Shown here: positions 1-17,032 of the stretch, piece by piece
How the letters are laid out: every line of letters begins with the position of its first letter
Position numbering within the stretch: the first letter of the stretch is position 1
Assembly (NCBI RefSeq): GCF_009914755.1
Contig: NC_060948.1
DNA from: the human T2T-CHM13v2.0 reference genome, Homo sapiens
Strand: one strand, 5' to 3'
DNA: 64,000 nt
The notes under the pieces: generated by a model
The model's input: the letters and a program-made list of their open reading frames with translations, nothing else
Told to the model about the DNA's origin: nothing
The model's database searches: none
Program-made: the position numbers and the translations under genes

Positions 1-667
1 GAAAAAGTTTGCTTCAGAGGCATGTCCCTCATGGAGAACCTCTGCTATGGCAGTGTGAAAGTGAAACGTAGGGTCAAAGCCCACACACAGAGTCTCTACT
101 GGGGCACTGCCTAGTAGAGCTGTGAAAAGAGAGCCACTGCCCTCCATATCCCAGAATGGTAAATCCATTGACAGCTTGCACTGTGCACCTGGAAAAGCCA
201 CAGACACTCAGGGCCAGCCCGTGAAAGCAGCCAGGAGGGAGGCTGTACCCTGCAAAGCCACAGGGGTGGAGGTGCCCGAGACTATGGGAACCCATCTCTT
301 GCACCTATGTGACCTGGATGGGAGACCTGGAATCAAAGGTGATTATTTTAAAACTTTAAAATGTCACTGCCCTGCTGGATTTCAGACTTCTGTAGGGCCT
401 GTAACCCATTTGTTTTGGCCAATTTCTCCAATATGGATGACTCTATTTATCCAATACCTGTATCCCCATTGTATCTAGGAAGTAACTAGCTTGCTTAAAA
501 TTTCACAGGGTCATAGGCAGAAGGAACTTGACTTCTCTCAGATGAGACTTTGGAGTGTGGACTTTTGGGTTAATACTAAAATGACTTAAGACTTTAGGGG
601 ACTGTTGGGAAAACATAATTGTTGTTGAAATGTGAGAACATGAGATATGGAGGGGCCAGGAGTGGAA
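1..667 (+). mobile_element. THE1 (MaLR) internal sequence, 3' part, running off the window start
   Basis: Typical THE1-int text (gcactgtgcacctggaaaagccacagacactc...; gatgagactttggagtgtggacttttgggttaat) ending in a purine tract ggaggggccaggagtggaa directly before the LTR. Confidence 0.9.
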
Positions 668-1020
668 TGATATGGTTTGGCTGTGTCTTAACTCAAATCT
701 CAACTTGAATTGTATCTCCCATAATGCCCACATGATGTAGTAGGCACCCAGGGCGATGTAATTGAATCACTGGGGCCAGTCTTTCTTGTGTTATTCTCAT
801 GCTAGTAAATAAGTCTCAGGAGATCTAATAGGTTTATCAGCGGTTTGCGCTTTTACTTTCTCCTCATTTTCTCTTGCCACCACCATGTAAGAAGTACCTT
901 TCTCATCCCATCATGATTCTGAAGACTTCCCAGCCATGTGGAACTGTATATCCAATTAAACCTGTTTTTCTTCCCAGTCTTTGGTATGTCTTTATCAAAA
1001 GTATGAAAATGGACTAATAA
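668..1020 (+). mobile_element. THE1A-type LTR (3' LTR of the MaLR)
   Basis: Starts tgatatggtttggctgtgtc, has the THE1A-like tctcaacttgaattgtatctccc, ends ...atgaaaatggactaata; about 350 bp. Confidence 0.88.
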
Positions 1021-1021
1021 A

Positions 1022-1409
1022 TGCAGAGAGCTATATTCATCATTTAAGAAAAACTTGGACTCATTATGCAAGCCCATGTGTGATTCAATTTTTCTACTAC
1101 CTTAGGGGAAGAACTCCAGGACACAGGTCCTCTGTCCTTGCAATAAGGCAGAGGGTCTAATTGACCTGATTTATATGAGTTGCCTACAGGCATAAAACTA
1201 AAAAAGCACACTGTAACACATGCCCACTGGAACTTCAGGAGCTGTAAACATTCACCTTAAGATACTACCATGGGTTGGAAGCCCACACTTCACATGACCT
1301 GCCCATCTGCTTCTTCCCTTAGGGGTTTTGAGTAGCAGGGCACCAAAGAAGTAAGCCGTATCCCCATCACATGCCCTGTAAGGGGGTCAAGGGAACTTTT
1401 TCCATTTCA
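1022..1409 (+). mobile_element. ERV1 LTR 3' portion (MER50-like), truncated on the left by THE1A
   Basis: ctctgtccttgcaataaggcagagggtctaattga...gcacactgtaacacatgcccactgg...aagggaactttttccatttca resembles the recalled MER50-group LTR 3' half and ends in ca. Confidence 0.65.
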
Positions 1410-2034
1410 AAATGAAATAAAATAAGTGGAAAGACCTACCAAAAGAACATGCTGCAACTACACATCAGATAATATATCAAACACTGTGCTTCCTCAACTT
1501 GCAGCATGTTAAGATCATTTGCTTTCCTTAGTTCTATGAGAATATAAATTCAATTATGGGCAGTTTTTACCCAGTTCCATTAAGGTAACTTGTACTTTCA
1601 TGTAAAAACACACATTTGTTTAATTTAGTGGAAAGCTGAATCATTCCTACAGTTGATGTCCAAAATCAACCACAATGCTTGGGGCTTTCTTATCTTCTGG
1701 CAAATATTCTCACCCTCTTTCTCAATCTCTCTCTCAGGTGAATAAACATTAGTGGAATAACTTGTCTCTAGGGCATCTATGTACAGAACATCAACACTAA
1801 CATATACTAGTTCACCTGAGGTTTTAAAAAAGACAAGCAATCAGTACCTCATGAGCCTGTCCACTGCTAACTCCAAGAAAGAGTCCACCTGCAATATTAG
1901 CAACTACACTATTGTCTTCAGGGACATCTGCAGATGGGCACTTGAACTGTCATCTAAGAAAGGAAAAACACTGACCACTTCTGTAAGGAAAGTTGAATTA
2001 CAGTATTCTCCTTTTTTAAGTCTATCTCTCTCTC

Positions 2035-2276
2035 TTTTTTATTTTTTATTTTGTGAGACAGAGTCTCACTCTGTCACCAGGCTGGATTGCAGCCTCCTGA
2101 GTAGCTGGGATTACAGGCACCAACAACCACTCCCAGGTAATATTTGCATTTTTAGTAGAGATGGAGATTCACTGCATTGGCCAGGCTGGTCTCATCTGGT
2201 TCCAGACCTCAGATGATCCTCCCTCCTTGGCCTCCTAAACTGCTGGGATTACAGGCATAAACCACCATGTCTGACC
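2035..2276 (-). mobile_element. AluS with an internal deletion of about 60 bp
   Basis: T-rich tail, gagacagagtctcactctgtcaccaggctgga, then a direct jump to cagcctcctgagtagctggga; gacctcagatgatcc is AluS-type. Confidence 0.9.
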
Positions 2277-2726
2277 TTTAATGGATTAATTCAATGTTCT
2301 TGGATAATTGAATGGATGAATTCAAATGTTCTTGGCATTGAAGATAAGGTAGTACCATTCATAATTTAACTACTTGTTTGAAAAACCTTTAGGACACTAA
2401 AGATTATCATGTAAAGTAAATTTTTAGAGATTCTCTGTTTTCTCTAGTTACATTCACTTATCTTTAACTCATCTGTATCTCCAATATTAAATATCTGGAT
2501 CTGTTTTAAGTGTGTCTTTGGAACCACAGTAAGGTTCTCTAGGCCTAAACACACATAAGGTTTTTTTTTTTTTTTCACCCTGTGAAAATGAAGAGTAATG
2601 CAGAGAGAAAAAAATTTCTCTCAGCTTGTTTATGTCATTTAGAGATAAACCAAACAATGCTTTTTATTAGAACATGAATTTCAGGCAGTTTACATCAAAA
2701 TGTAAGGCCAGGCCTCTTTCTAAAAT

Positions 2727-2890
2727 GGGGGGAGGGGGAAGGCTACCATTAGGAGATATACCTAATGTAAATGAAGAGTTAATGGGTGCAGCACACCAAC
2801 ATGATGCCTGTATACATATGTAACAAACCTGCACATGGGCACATGTACCCTAGAACTTAAGGTATAATAAAAACAAAACAAAACAAAAAC
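2727..2890 (+). mobile_element. Short 5'-truncated L1PA (PA4-6) 3' end
   Basis: cattaggagatatacctaatgtaaatga...taccctagaacttaaggtataataaaaacaaaac: L1 3' UTR with an A-rich tail. Confidence 0.9.
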
Positions 2891-3912
2891 TGACTGCTTC
2901 TTTACAACATGTCCATCCAAAGGGGTTATTTTCATGAGAGTTTTTCTTCTTACATATCCAACTATTTAAAATCATTTAATTTTTTTCTCTAGAAGAGAGA
3001 ATGCTGCTTTTTATATACATAGTTTCTGTAGATTATTGCAATTACTATTTCAGTGTACTGGAAAAAAGCATCTATTTTTGTTACTATTCTTAATTACTTA
3101 TTATACTTCTGAGAGCAGAGAGAAGTGCAACATCAATCATAATATTGAACAAAAAAACAATTTGAAGGTTTTAATGCAATATTTCTAGGTCTAAGAAAGG
3201 CCAGGTTAATTGTGGGGTAGGTCTATAAAGGAAATCAAGTGGCGATGCCTTTCTGTACAAGGTACTGACCTGAGTATTATCCTCTCTTTTCCATGGTGCC
3301 ATCACAATTTTATGTTCATATGTAAAATGAAGGTCAAATTTTATAAAAATTTGTACATTCTTAATTACTGCATAAGTACACACTTCAGATTATCCCCATC
3401 TCTACAATTTTTGTTTTGTTTTGTTTCTACAAACTATCGAGTAGGAAAACACAAAGTCCTTTCTTTGAGGAATATTAGGCAATATTGAATATATTAGTCT
3501 ACATCTTTAGCATTTTTTAAAAATTTTCTACCACACCGTAGGTGGCCTCAATTTAGGAGGCTGGAAACCCTTGTCTTTTAAACACAAGATCTAAAAACTG
3601 TTGGTTGACATACGTGGTTCTTTGAGGAAAACGGGATGATATTTGGAACATGTAGGAAATGCCTGTACTCATTAATGATGAAGAGCTTGAGACAATAAGC
3701 TGGCAAAAAGATTATATCTTAAATTTTTAAAGAATCAGGTTGGTCAACAAAGGTGTAACTAAATTTCCTGTTGGCTGAAGCAGAGTGTAAAACACATGGA
3801 TTCTACTGAAAATGAAGGTTCTCAATTGTGTGTAAGCATGTCCCAGATGAAAGGACAAAAACACAAAAAGTAGATAGCTAATTTAGAGTCTCAGATCCTT
3901 TGTATCTGCAAA

Positions 3913-3940
3913 ATATATATATATATATATGAGAGAGAGA
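3913..3940. repeat. Compound (AT)9(GA)5 microsatellite
   Basis: Seen directly. Confidence 0.9.
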
Positions 3941-4059
3941 AAAACTCTCAGAAAACCTACAGCAAACTTCTGTGTCACAGCTATGATAATTTGCTTTGTC
4001 ACATTTCCAAAGCATCCCTTTATACCATAGCCCATCAGAAAATTGTCTTTACCAAACCT

Positions 4060-4491
4060 TTGTTTTATCTGCCAATGGCCTTTCTAGACTTTCCCTGGCT
4101 AAAAAAGACAGGGTGCTATGGCATTGCCAATAGTTTAGGGGCCATGCGGCATTCAGCTTAATGCTGCCCTTGTGCAGATAAAAGAGGGATGGTTCATAAT
4201 AAAATTATATTTTATATTTCTATTTTCTGACTCAGAAGCTAGTGCCTGTTTTTCTTGGCAAAACCATGCACATTGTGCAAGTAAATAATGCTGCTATTCA
4301 TAGACAGGTGTAGTTCTATAATCTCACATCAAAAATAGCCCCAAAACAGAGTCTACTAACCTAGGTAGGAGACTTGGCATAGGTAGAATTACAACTAGGA
4401 TCAGTTGTAACTCTGTTGCAATTATACAACAACTGGGGTCAGTTATAACTGAAATTCTACTACCTATGATAACAATGTGGAAAACAGATAC
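4060..4491 (-). pseudogene. Candidate decayed coding segment, copy 1, 3' part (continues across the L1 at 10633)
   Basis: Paralogous by eye to 62240-62710. Minus-strand peptides VDSVLGLFLM*DY and LHKGSIKLNAAWPLNYWQCHSTL align with LDSFLSIFSMRSY and VHKYHIELSTTLYLNYGLFHNSL in the paralog. Confidence 0.45.
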
Positions 4492-10621
<6,130 letters not shown>

Positions 10622-10632
10622 AAAACAGATAC

Positions 10633-12046
10633 ATGCTTGCGCAAAATAGCATCACTTGAATTTCTTAGCAGTGGCACTAATGTTAATCTATTCTACAGCC
10701 ATAAAATATTCACGCTGTAGAAGTTGTTTCAGGATGGAAAACCCTTGGCTTTATTAAATATTGAAATATATCTTCATGGCCAGCAGCCATGTGTGAAGCA
10801 GCTGCAACCATCCCAAATATCCAGATCCTGGGCTTGTATTCTCTGCACCACCTCATCTTCACCCCCTTCTGTTGCATCTTGAGCTGGATTCATCTTCTCT
10901 TCTATGTTCCAAAATGGTTGTTTTACTCTGCAGACGGGAACTTTGCATTCTTGCTCCTAATCCAGCATAGTATAGCCATCATTTATCCTGTGGACTGTCT
11001 GCTGTTTGAATAGAACTGTAGGTGAGATGAAAATTTGAGAAACCAGACTGGTTTGCATGTCATGGAGGACACCTGCACTGCCTTGTGCATCTGTACAGTG
11101 TACTCAGATATTCAAATCCATTCCTCTGAGTTATTTGATACATTAAAATTGTCTCTTCTTTTTTGACAAGAGTCTGTTTTGTGGCTTTACTTTTGGTGTC
11201 TTATCCAGGATGGACTGTGACCTGTCTTAGTTTCTCCAAGTTTTTGCAGATGGGCTCATTTTTGCCTGCAAGTGCTATGGTAGAGAGTCTGCTTTTTTGG
11301 CCTGGCCAAGTTTTTATACTGGGAGGTCTTATTTCTTAAATTTGCAGAGTGTTCCAATCTGCCATGTCAACAAAGTTTTGAGACATATAATTCTTATGTT
11401 TGCAGGCATTGATTAAGCCTTTTCCATAGGCTCTGCTCTTGCTGGTAGAAAAGGTCCTGGTTGAAGTTGAGAACTGTGTACTTGCCTGTTGGTTGGATCT
11501 TCTTCTTCTATGCTTGATTGTTGTTCTAGCTTTTTTTATACTTGCGGCTTTCAGGATGGAATTGTGATTTTTCATGATTTGCCAGTAGACCATACTTCTG
11601 GAAATAACAGTTGTGGCCATGGACTATAAATTCTTCCATGGGCAAAGTGACAACAAGTTGCTTGCCAAACTGTCTGGGTGACTCCAATGGTTTAGCAGGG
11701 CTAATGGTCCTCTACGGTGCCCCATGGTTACTGCAGCCAAGTGTCCAGTATAAGGACACCTTGTGGGATAAGGACACCTTGTGGGATAAGTGGCTGCTAT
11801 GACATTAGAGTTTTGTGACATCACTAAAGCAATGAGCAGTACTGCCTCTGGCATTAACCATTTTTTGAACTTTAGAAACATCCAATAAGCACCAGGACAT
11901 AGATGGGAAATCTGATTCTGAGGTAATCCTGTTGGCTTTATGGGTTTCTCTTCTACTAACATTGTTTGAAAAAAATTGTTTTCCATCCCAAGTGCTTTGA
12001 TGGGGTTAATTTTTTTGTCTTGAAGCAGGAAGATGCTACAGGACAA
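10633..12046 (-). pseudogene. Candidate decayed coding segment, copy 1, 5' part
   Basis: ORFs 11624-12046 and 11336-11620 are in the same frame, separated by one TAG, and the frame continues with few stops to ~11060. 10633-11200 is paralogous to 62710-63290. No transposon motif recognised. Confidence 0.45.
11750..11790. repeat. Perfect 18-bp tandem duplication (ataaggacaccttgtggg x2)
   Basis: Seen directly; gives YPTRCP twice in the minus-strand ORF. Confidence 0.95.
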
Positions 12047-14787
12047 TTAGTGATTATAGGACAAAAATAATTCTCTTAGAAAACCCCCAAAATATGTCTG
12101 GCTTTTCAAATCAGACATAAGAGATATAATTTTCTGCTTTTCTTCTCTCGTTTATTGCCTAATAAGTGACTTTAAAATGGGTAACTATCTTACAGTTCTG
12201 AAGTCTAGAGGAGCAGAAACATAATGTTGACTAGTTTTTGTTTTTGTGTCTATGTGAGTTGTCTCTCAAGCTGGATGTGGCAGTGTACTTACCATGCCAT
12301 TAAATGGTCAATCCTTTCTTGTTTGAGTCTTATTCTTCCATGCTCTTACATGTGCCAATGATATAGGGTTAAGAGCCATCCATATACAAATATTTTACAG
12401 TAATTCCCCTAGTAAAAGTATTATATGCATACAAAGTCAAACTCAGACATTTTAAGCACAATGAGAAAACAAACAGAAACAAAACAATCCAAAAACACAT
12501 GATTTTCTATCTTCTCTGGTACTTGGTAATTTTAGATCTATGTCTTTTTTTTTTTTAAACAGGAAATTTCTGAAACAACCTAATTGTCTGTGGTAAATAC
12601 CAAGGATCTTAGTCTCACAGCCAAGTGGATCAAGGCTGTGGATACACACACCCATAGAATGAGTTTAGAGCAGGAGTTTAATAGACAAAAAGAACAGCTC
12701 TTCAGCATAGAGAGGAGCCCTGAGTAGGTTGCCAAGCTGTGCTAAAATCTCAGGGTTTTTGTAAATGGGCTAATGAGGAGGGCACTAGTGAGGAGAGGAT
12801 GTCTTATCCTCATAAAACCTGATGATTTAGTTGGAACCAGGTATGCTTTCTGTATAGAGCAGAGTCTTTATCAACTCTCACCTTATTCCCTGATCAGGTA
12901 GGCAGACTTTCAGTCTCTGTTGCTCTGTGCTGCTTTGTGTTGCTTATCTGGGAGAGAGAGTTTGTGTGTCTATTCCCAGACATCTTAACAGCTGCAGGTA
13001 TCTCTCACACTTCCACTTCTAGATTCGCTATTGTGTCTATAAGGAAAGGAATGTACTTATTAACACCCACTGTTTTTACTGGGACCCATTTGTAGGAGTG
13101 TGAAGTTTGGTGATTACCCAAGTGATCTCTCTCATTCTGTGCTCAAGGTGTTTATCTGTGATTTACAGTAGACTTATTCTTTGTTGAGTTGCCCGCATTT
13201 CTAGATTAATATTGGCTTCCACTAAGGAAAGACAAAGAGTTTGTCCTGGGGCCATGAGGATGCAGGCCTCCATGTAGGTAGGGTAAAATATTTCTACCTA
13301 ATAAAGGAGTGGGACTTTCAGGCATAATAAAGGAGTCCTGTGTAAATAATATGTCCCCCCAACTACAAATAAGTAGTGGAGAAAAATATCAAGTTAGAGT
13401 CTTTTTTAAGACACCCACCATTGTTGTGACATGGGAAGAGGAGAGGCATGGATTGGTGAGGAGAACAGAAAGACTGGCTCCAGAATCCAGTGGGAGGCTT
13501 GCCCTCCTCCCTTCAATTTCCATTATCACCCAGGACTCCTGAGCAGTAATGGATGTTTGAACCATTGGAACCAGGGGTTTCAGCCCCAGAACCCATCAGT
13601 CCTGCTGGAGCATCTGTGAGAATGATTCCGTACTCACTGACCTCTGTCTTGGTGGTCAGTAGTGCAATCTCCAGTGGTCTTCACCACAAAAGTGGTCAAG
13701 GTGGCTTTTTCTTGTGGCTTGGGCAATTCTTCTTAAAGTGCCCTGGCTTTAACACTGGTAACAGGTAGCAATCAGTGGAAGTTCCTGGGGGATCCTGGAC
13801 TCTGCAAGTCTGCAAAGCAGCCACTAGAGCCTCAGCCTTTCTCTTGTTCTTCCTGTTTTTCTCGTGGGCCTCCTCCCAGTCCTATTGTAAGAGAACAATG
13901 AGGCCACATTCAGGAGGTTCTTCAAGATACAATCTGGTCCTATAGCCTGTTTCTGTAGCTTTTTTCTAATATCAGGAACTGCCTGCTTTTCGGCTGCAGT
14001 AAGGGTTTGGCATAGGAGCAGCATAACATCCCTCCACTTGAGATTGAACACTAAGTTAAATTTTGAAAGGTCTCCAAATTCCTAGCCAGGTCATCAGAAG
14101 ATCAGCTCAAGTCTCCCTCTATTTTCCTAAGGTCCTATAATGAAAGGAGAACATGTGTTTTAGTGGTGACCCTTCCATCTGGCATTTCTTATAGGGGTAG
14201 GAGTGAAGCAGGGGAAATGGTGAGCTTTGGACCTGGTGGAGGTGGGGGAGATTTTGGTGCAGTTGGAGGGGACCCTGGATAAGAGACACTGAAATAACTC
14301 GGGCACACATAGAATGCAAAGGTCTGCACTTGCAAAGGTCTGGGTTTTCTCCACAGGGCAAAGAAAGCCTGTTCATATCAAACTTTGGATCATTTGCTGT
14401 CCCATCTACACAAAAGATCTAATTGTTGGATAAAATTAGAATCAAGGCTCCTTTCAGCTGGCCAGGTCTCTTTATTCCTGAGACAGTAAGAAGGCCACAC
14501 CATTGTGCAAAAGAAAATGAGCTGTTTTTGTTCAAAGTTCCAGGGTCAAAGGAGTCTCAATGTTTCAGAATGCACTCTAGAGAAGTGCAAGCTGAAGATG
14601 GCTTGTCATCCATCAAAAAAAGAGACAAAAGAAGAGGCATCCTTGTGTCTCTTGGTTCTTTTTAATGTGACCCAGATTGAAGGAGATGACCATTGGGGGA
14701 CTCCCCCTGACCTCCCTCCTTGGTATCTGGGTCCCAACACCATAATTCCCATCTCATGATTGCAGGTGTAACCCTCAAACATGGTAC

Positions 14788-15471
14788 AGAGAGGTGAAGT
14801 CAGCTGGACTTCCTGGGTCAGTGAGTGGGGACTTGGGGAACTTTTCTATCTAGCTAGAGGATTGTAAATGCACCAATCAGCACTCTGTGTCTAGCTAAAG
14901 GATTGCAAATGCACCAATCAGCACTCTGTAAAATGGACCAACCAGCACTCTGTAAATGGACCAATCAACTCTCTGTAAAATGGGACAATCAGCAGGATAT
15001 GCACGGTGCCAAATAAGGGAATAAAAGCTGGCCACTTGAGTCAGCAGCGGCAAACACTGGGATCCCCTTCCAGGCTGTGGAAACTTTGATCTTTCACTCT
15101 TCACAATAAATCTTGCTGCTGCTCAGTCTTTGGGTCTGCACTACCTTTATGAGCTGTAACTCTCACCATGAGCATCTGTGTCTTCAATCTTGAAGTCAGC
15201 AAGACAAAGAACCCACTGGGAGGAACAAATAACTCTGAAAGCTCCACCTTTAAGAGCTGTAACACTCACTGTGAAGGTCTGTGTCTTCACTACTGAAGTC
15301 ACCATAACCATGAACCCACTGGAAGGAAGAAACTCTGGACACATCTGAACATCTGAAGGAGGAAACTCCGGACATACCATCTTTAAGAACTGTAACACTC
15401 ACCATAAGTGTCTGCAGCTTCATTCTTGAAGTCAGCCAGGAACCCACCGGAAGGAACCAATTCTAGACACA
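14788..15471 (+). mobile_element. Solo LTR12 (HERV9) nested antisense inside the ERV1
   Basis: gagaggtgaagtcagctggacttcctgggtc start, tandem caccaatcagcactctg repeats, aataaa at ~15105, tandem U5 repeats, ends ttctagacaca; TSD gtac/gaac. Confidence 0.92.
14865..15030 (+). promoter_or_regulatory. LTR12 U3 CCAAT (NF-Y) repeat array and TATA-like aataaaag
   Basis: Several ccaatc motifs in 14870-14995 followed by ggaataaaagctgg, matching the established LTR12 promoter layout; activity not shown. Confidence 0.6.
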
Positions 15472-16775
15472 GAACCACAGGACCTAATCAATGGGGCTAG
15501 TAACTTTTACCCATGTGACATCAGTCCTTTTTCTAATAATAGGGTAATTATCCTCTGACCTCCTAGACCTGTGTGACTTGTGTGGCTCCTTGATAGATGA
15601 GCCTTGGCAGAGATTATGTAATAGTTGCATTTAAGCAAGACCCCTTAAAAGAGGGAGTGTACTGAACTGAGAATGTTTAGGTTCTAGTTAACTTCCAGAT
15701 AAAAAAAATCCCCTTTCTATTTAGATGCCATTCTTGTTGTAGGCAGTATAGGTGTCTCAAGAGGACATAAGTGTCAAATGATGGTCTTCCTGCTAATGCA
15801 GAGAGTATTAAGACTAAAATTTCGTTTTGGAAGATATGTTACTCTTTACTGCTAAAAAGAGGACTAAAAGGCTTTTGGCAAAGGGCAGACAAGATTCCCC
15901 ATGGAGAGGATTCCCATTCCACGATGTGGCACTGTAAGCACTGAAATACCAGGCAGTAACTGTCTCCATATGCTCTCTAAACAAAGGATGGAGAGGGAAG
16001 TTTAACTTGTAGCTACCTGTCCCCACAGCACACCTCCTAGAAGAAAAAAGGCAATTCACCTCATAGAGGGACTATCCAGTCTGACTAGTCAGTGCTGGCT
16101 TCTCACATGGAAAGCAACAACAACAACAACAAAAAGAGGCTAGGTAGAGAAAGGGGTGTTCAGTGATGGTTGTTTGGGAAGGAGGAGTAACCTCCTACCC
16201 AACCCCAGGAAGTGTTATTATTAGCAGTTAAACAGTCTTTGAGATTTGGTATAAATCCTCCTGACTGCAGAAAGTCACAAAAAATTGCAATCCCTTTACC
16301 TGCATTCCTGGTTACTAAGCCTGCTTAATTGAGTTATTTCACTGCTCTGTAAAAGATCCTGTGGCATTGCATCCAGAGAAGGGATGGGAGACACGATGAT
16401 CTCAAAAAGTAAAGGAGGAAAATAACATTTGCAATAGGAAATCTTTGAGATACTGTGGCTGACACCCGGTTGGGTAGTTGGGAGGCTGGGGTCAGTCCAG
16501 AAACCTTTGAATAACACTGGGGTGTAGCCATGGCCAGAAATTCTCAGTTAATCCAAGACCTATTCAAGCTCCATGCAACAGCCAAGCTCTCCACGAAAAT
16601 AAACTGGTTTTGACAAAGACTACATTCCCAGCACCCTGAGGGCACTAAGGGATTGACTAGGTCCTTCCCAGTAAGCCTCACATCTGAGTCTTCAAGACTA
16701 GCCCTTGTGGTTAGTCAGCCATCAGATGCTTGATGGTTTTTGATAGTTCTTTTAGTTAATAAAAACTGAGTGCAT

Positions 16776-17032
16776 GCTAGCTGCGGTGGCTCATGCCTGT
16801 AATCCAATCACTTTGGGATCTCTAGAGATTGGGAGTTTGTGACCAAGCTGGCCAACATGGTGAGACCCCGTTTCTACTAAAAATACAAAAATGAGTCGGG
16901 CATGGAGGCTGAGGCAGAAGAATTGCTGGAACCCAGGAGGCAGAGGTTGTTGCAGTGAACGGAGATCATGCCACGGCAGTCAGCCTGAGTGGCAAAGTGA
17001 GACTCCGTATAAAAAAACAAAAAAAACAAAAA
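16776..17032 (+). mobile_element. AluS with two internal deletions, inserted in the ERV leader
   Basis: ggtggctcatgcctgtaatcc...gtgagactccgt followed by an A tail; TSD core aaaaactgag on both sides. Confidence 0.9.

Noticed and set aside
725-765. PRDM9 hotspot motif known from THE1A/B LTRs
   Set aside because: The corresponding segment is degraded (gatgtagtaggcacccagggcgatg) and no CCTCCCT core is visible.
1779-2216. 145-aa ORF
   Set aside because: The C-terminal part is antisense Alu translation and the rest has no recognisable domain.
2281-2342. Imperfect tandem duplication of about 31 bp
   Set aside because: An ordinary slippage duplication with no further structure.
4378-4468. Hairpin as a miRNA or tRNA gene
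   Set aside because: No recognisable family and no Pol III A/B boxes; better explained as a fold-back insertion.
14865-15460. Regularly spaced repeats resembling a CRISPR array
   Set aside because: These are the normal U3 and U5 tandem repeats of LTR12, with no unique spacers and no cas genes, in human DNA.
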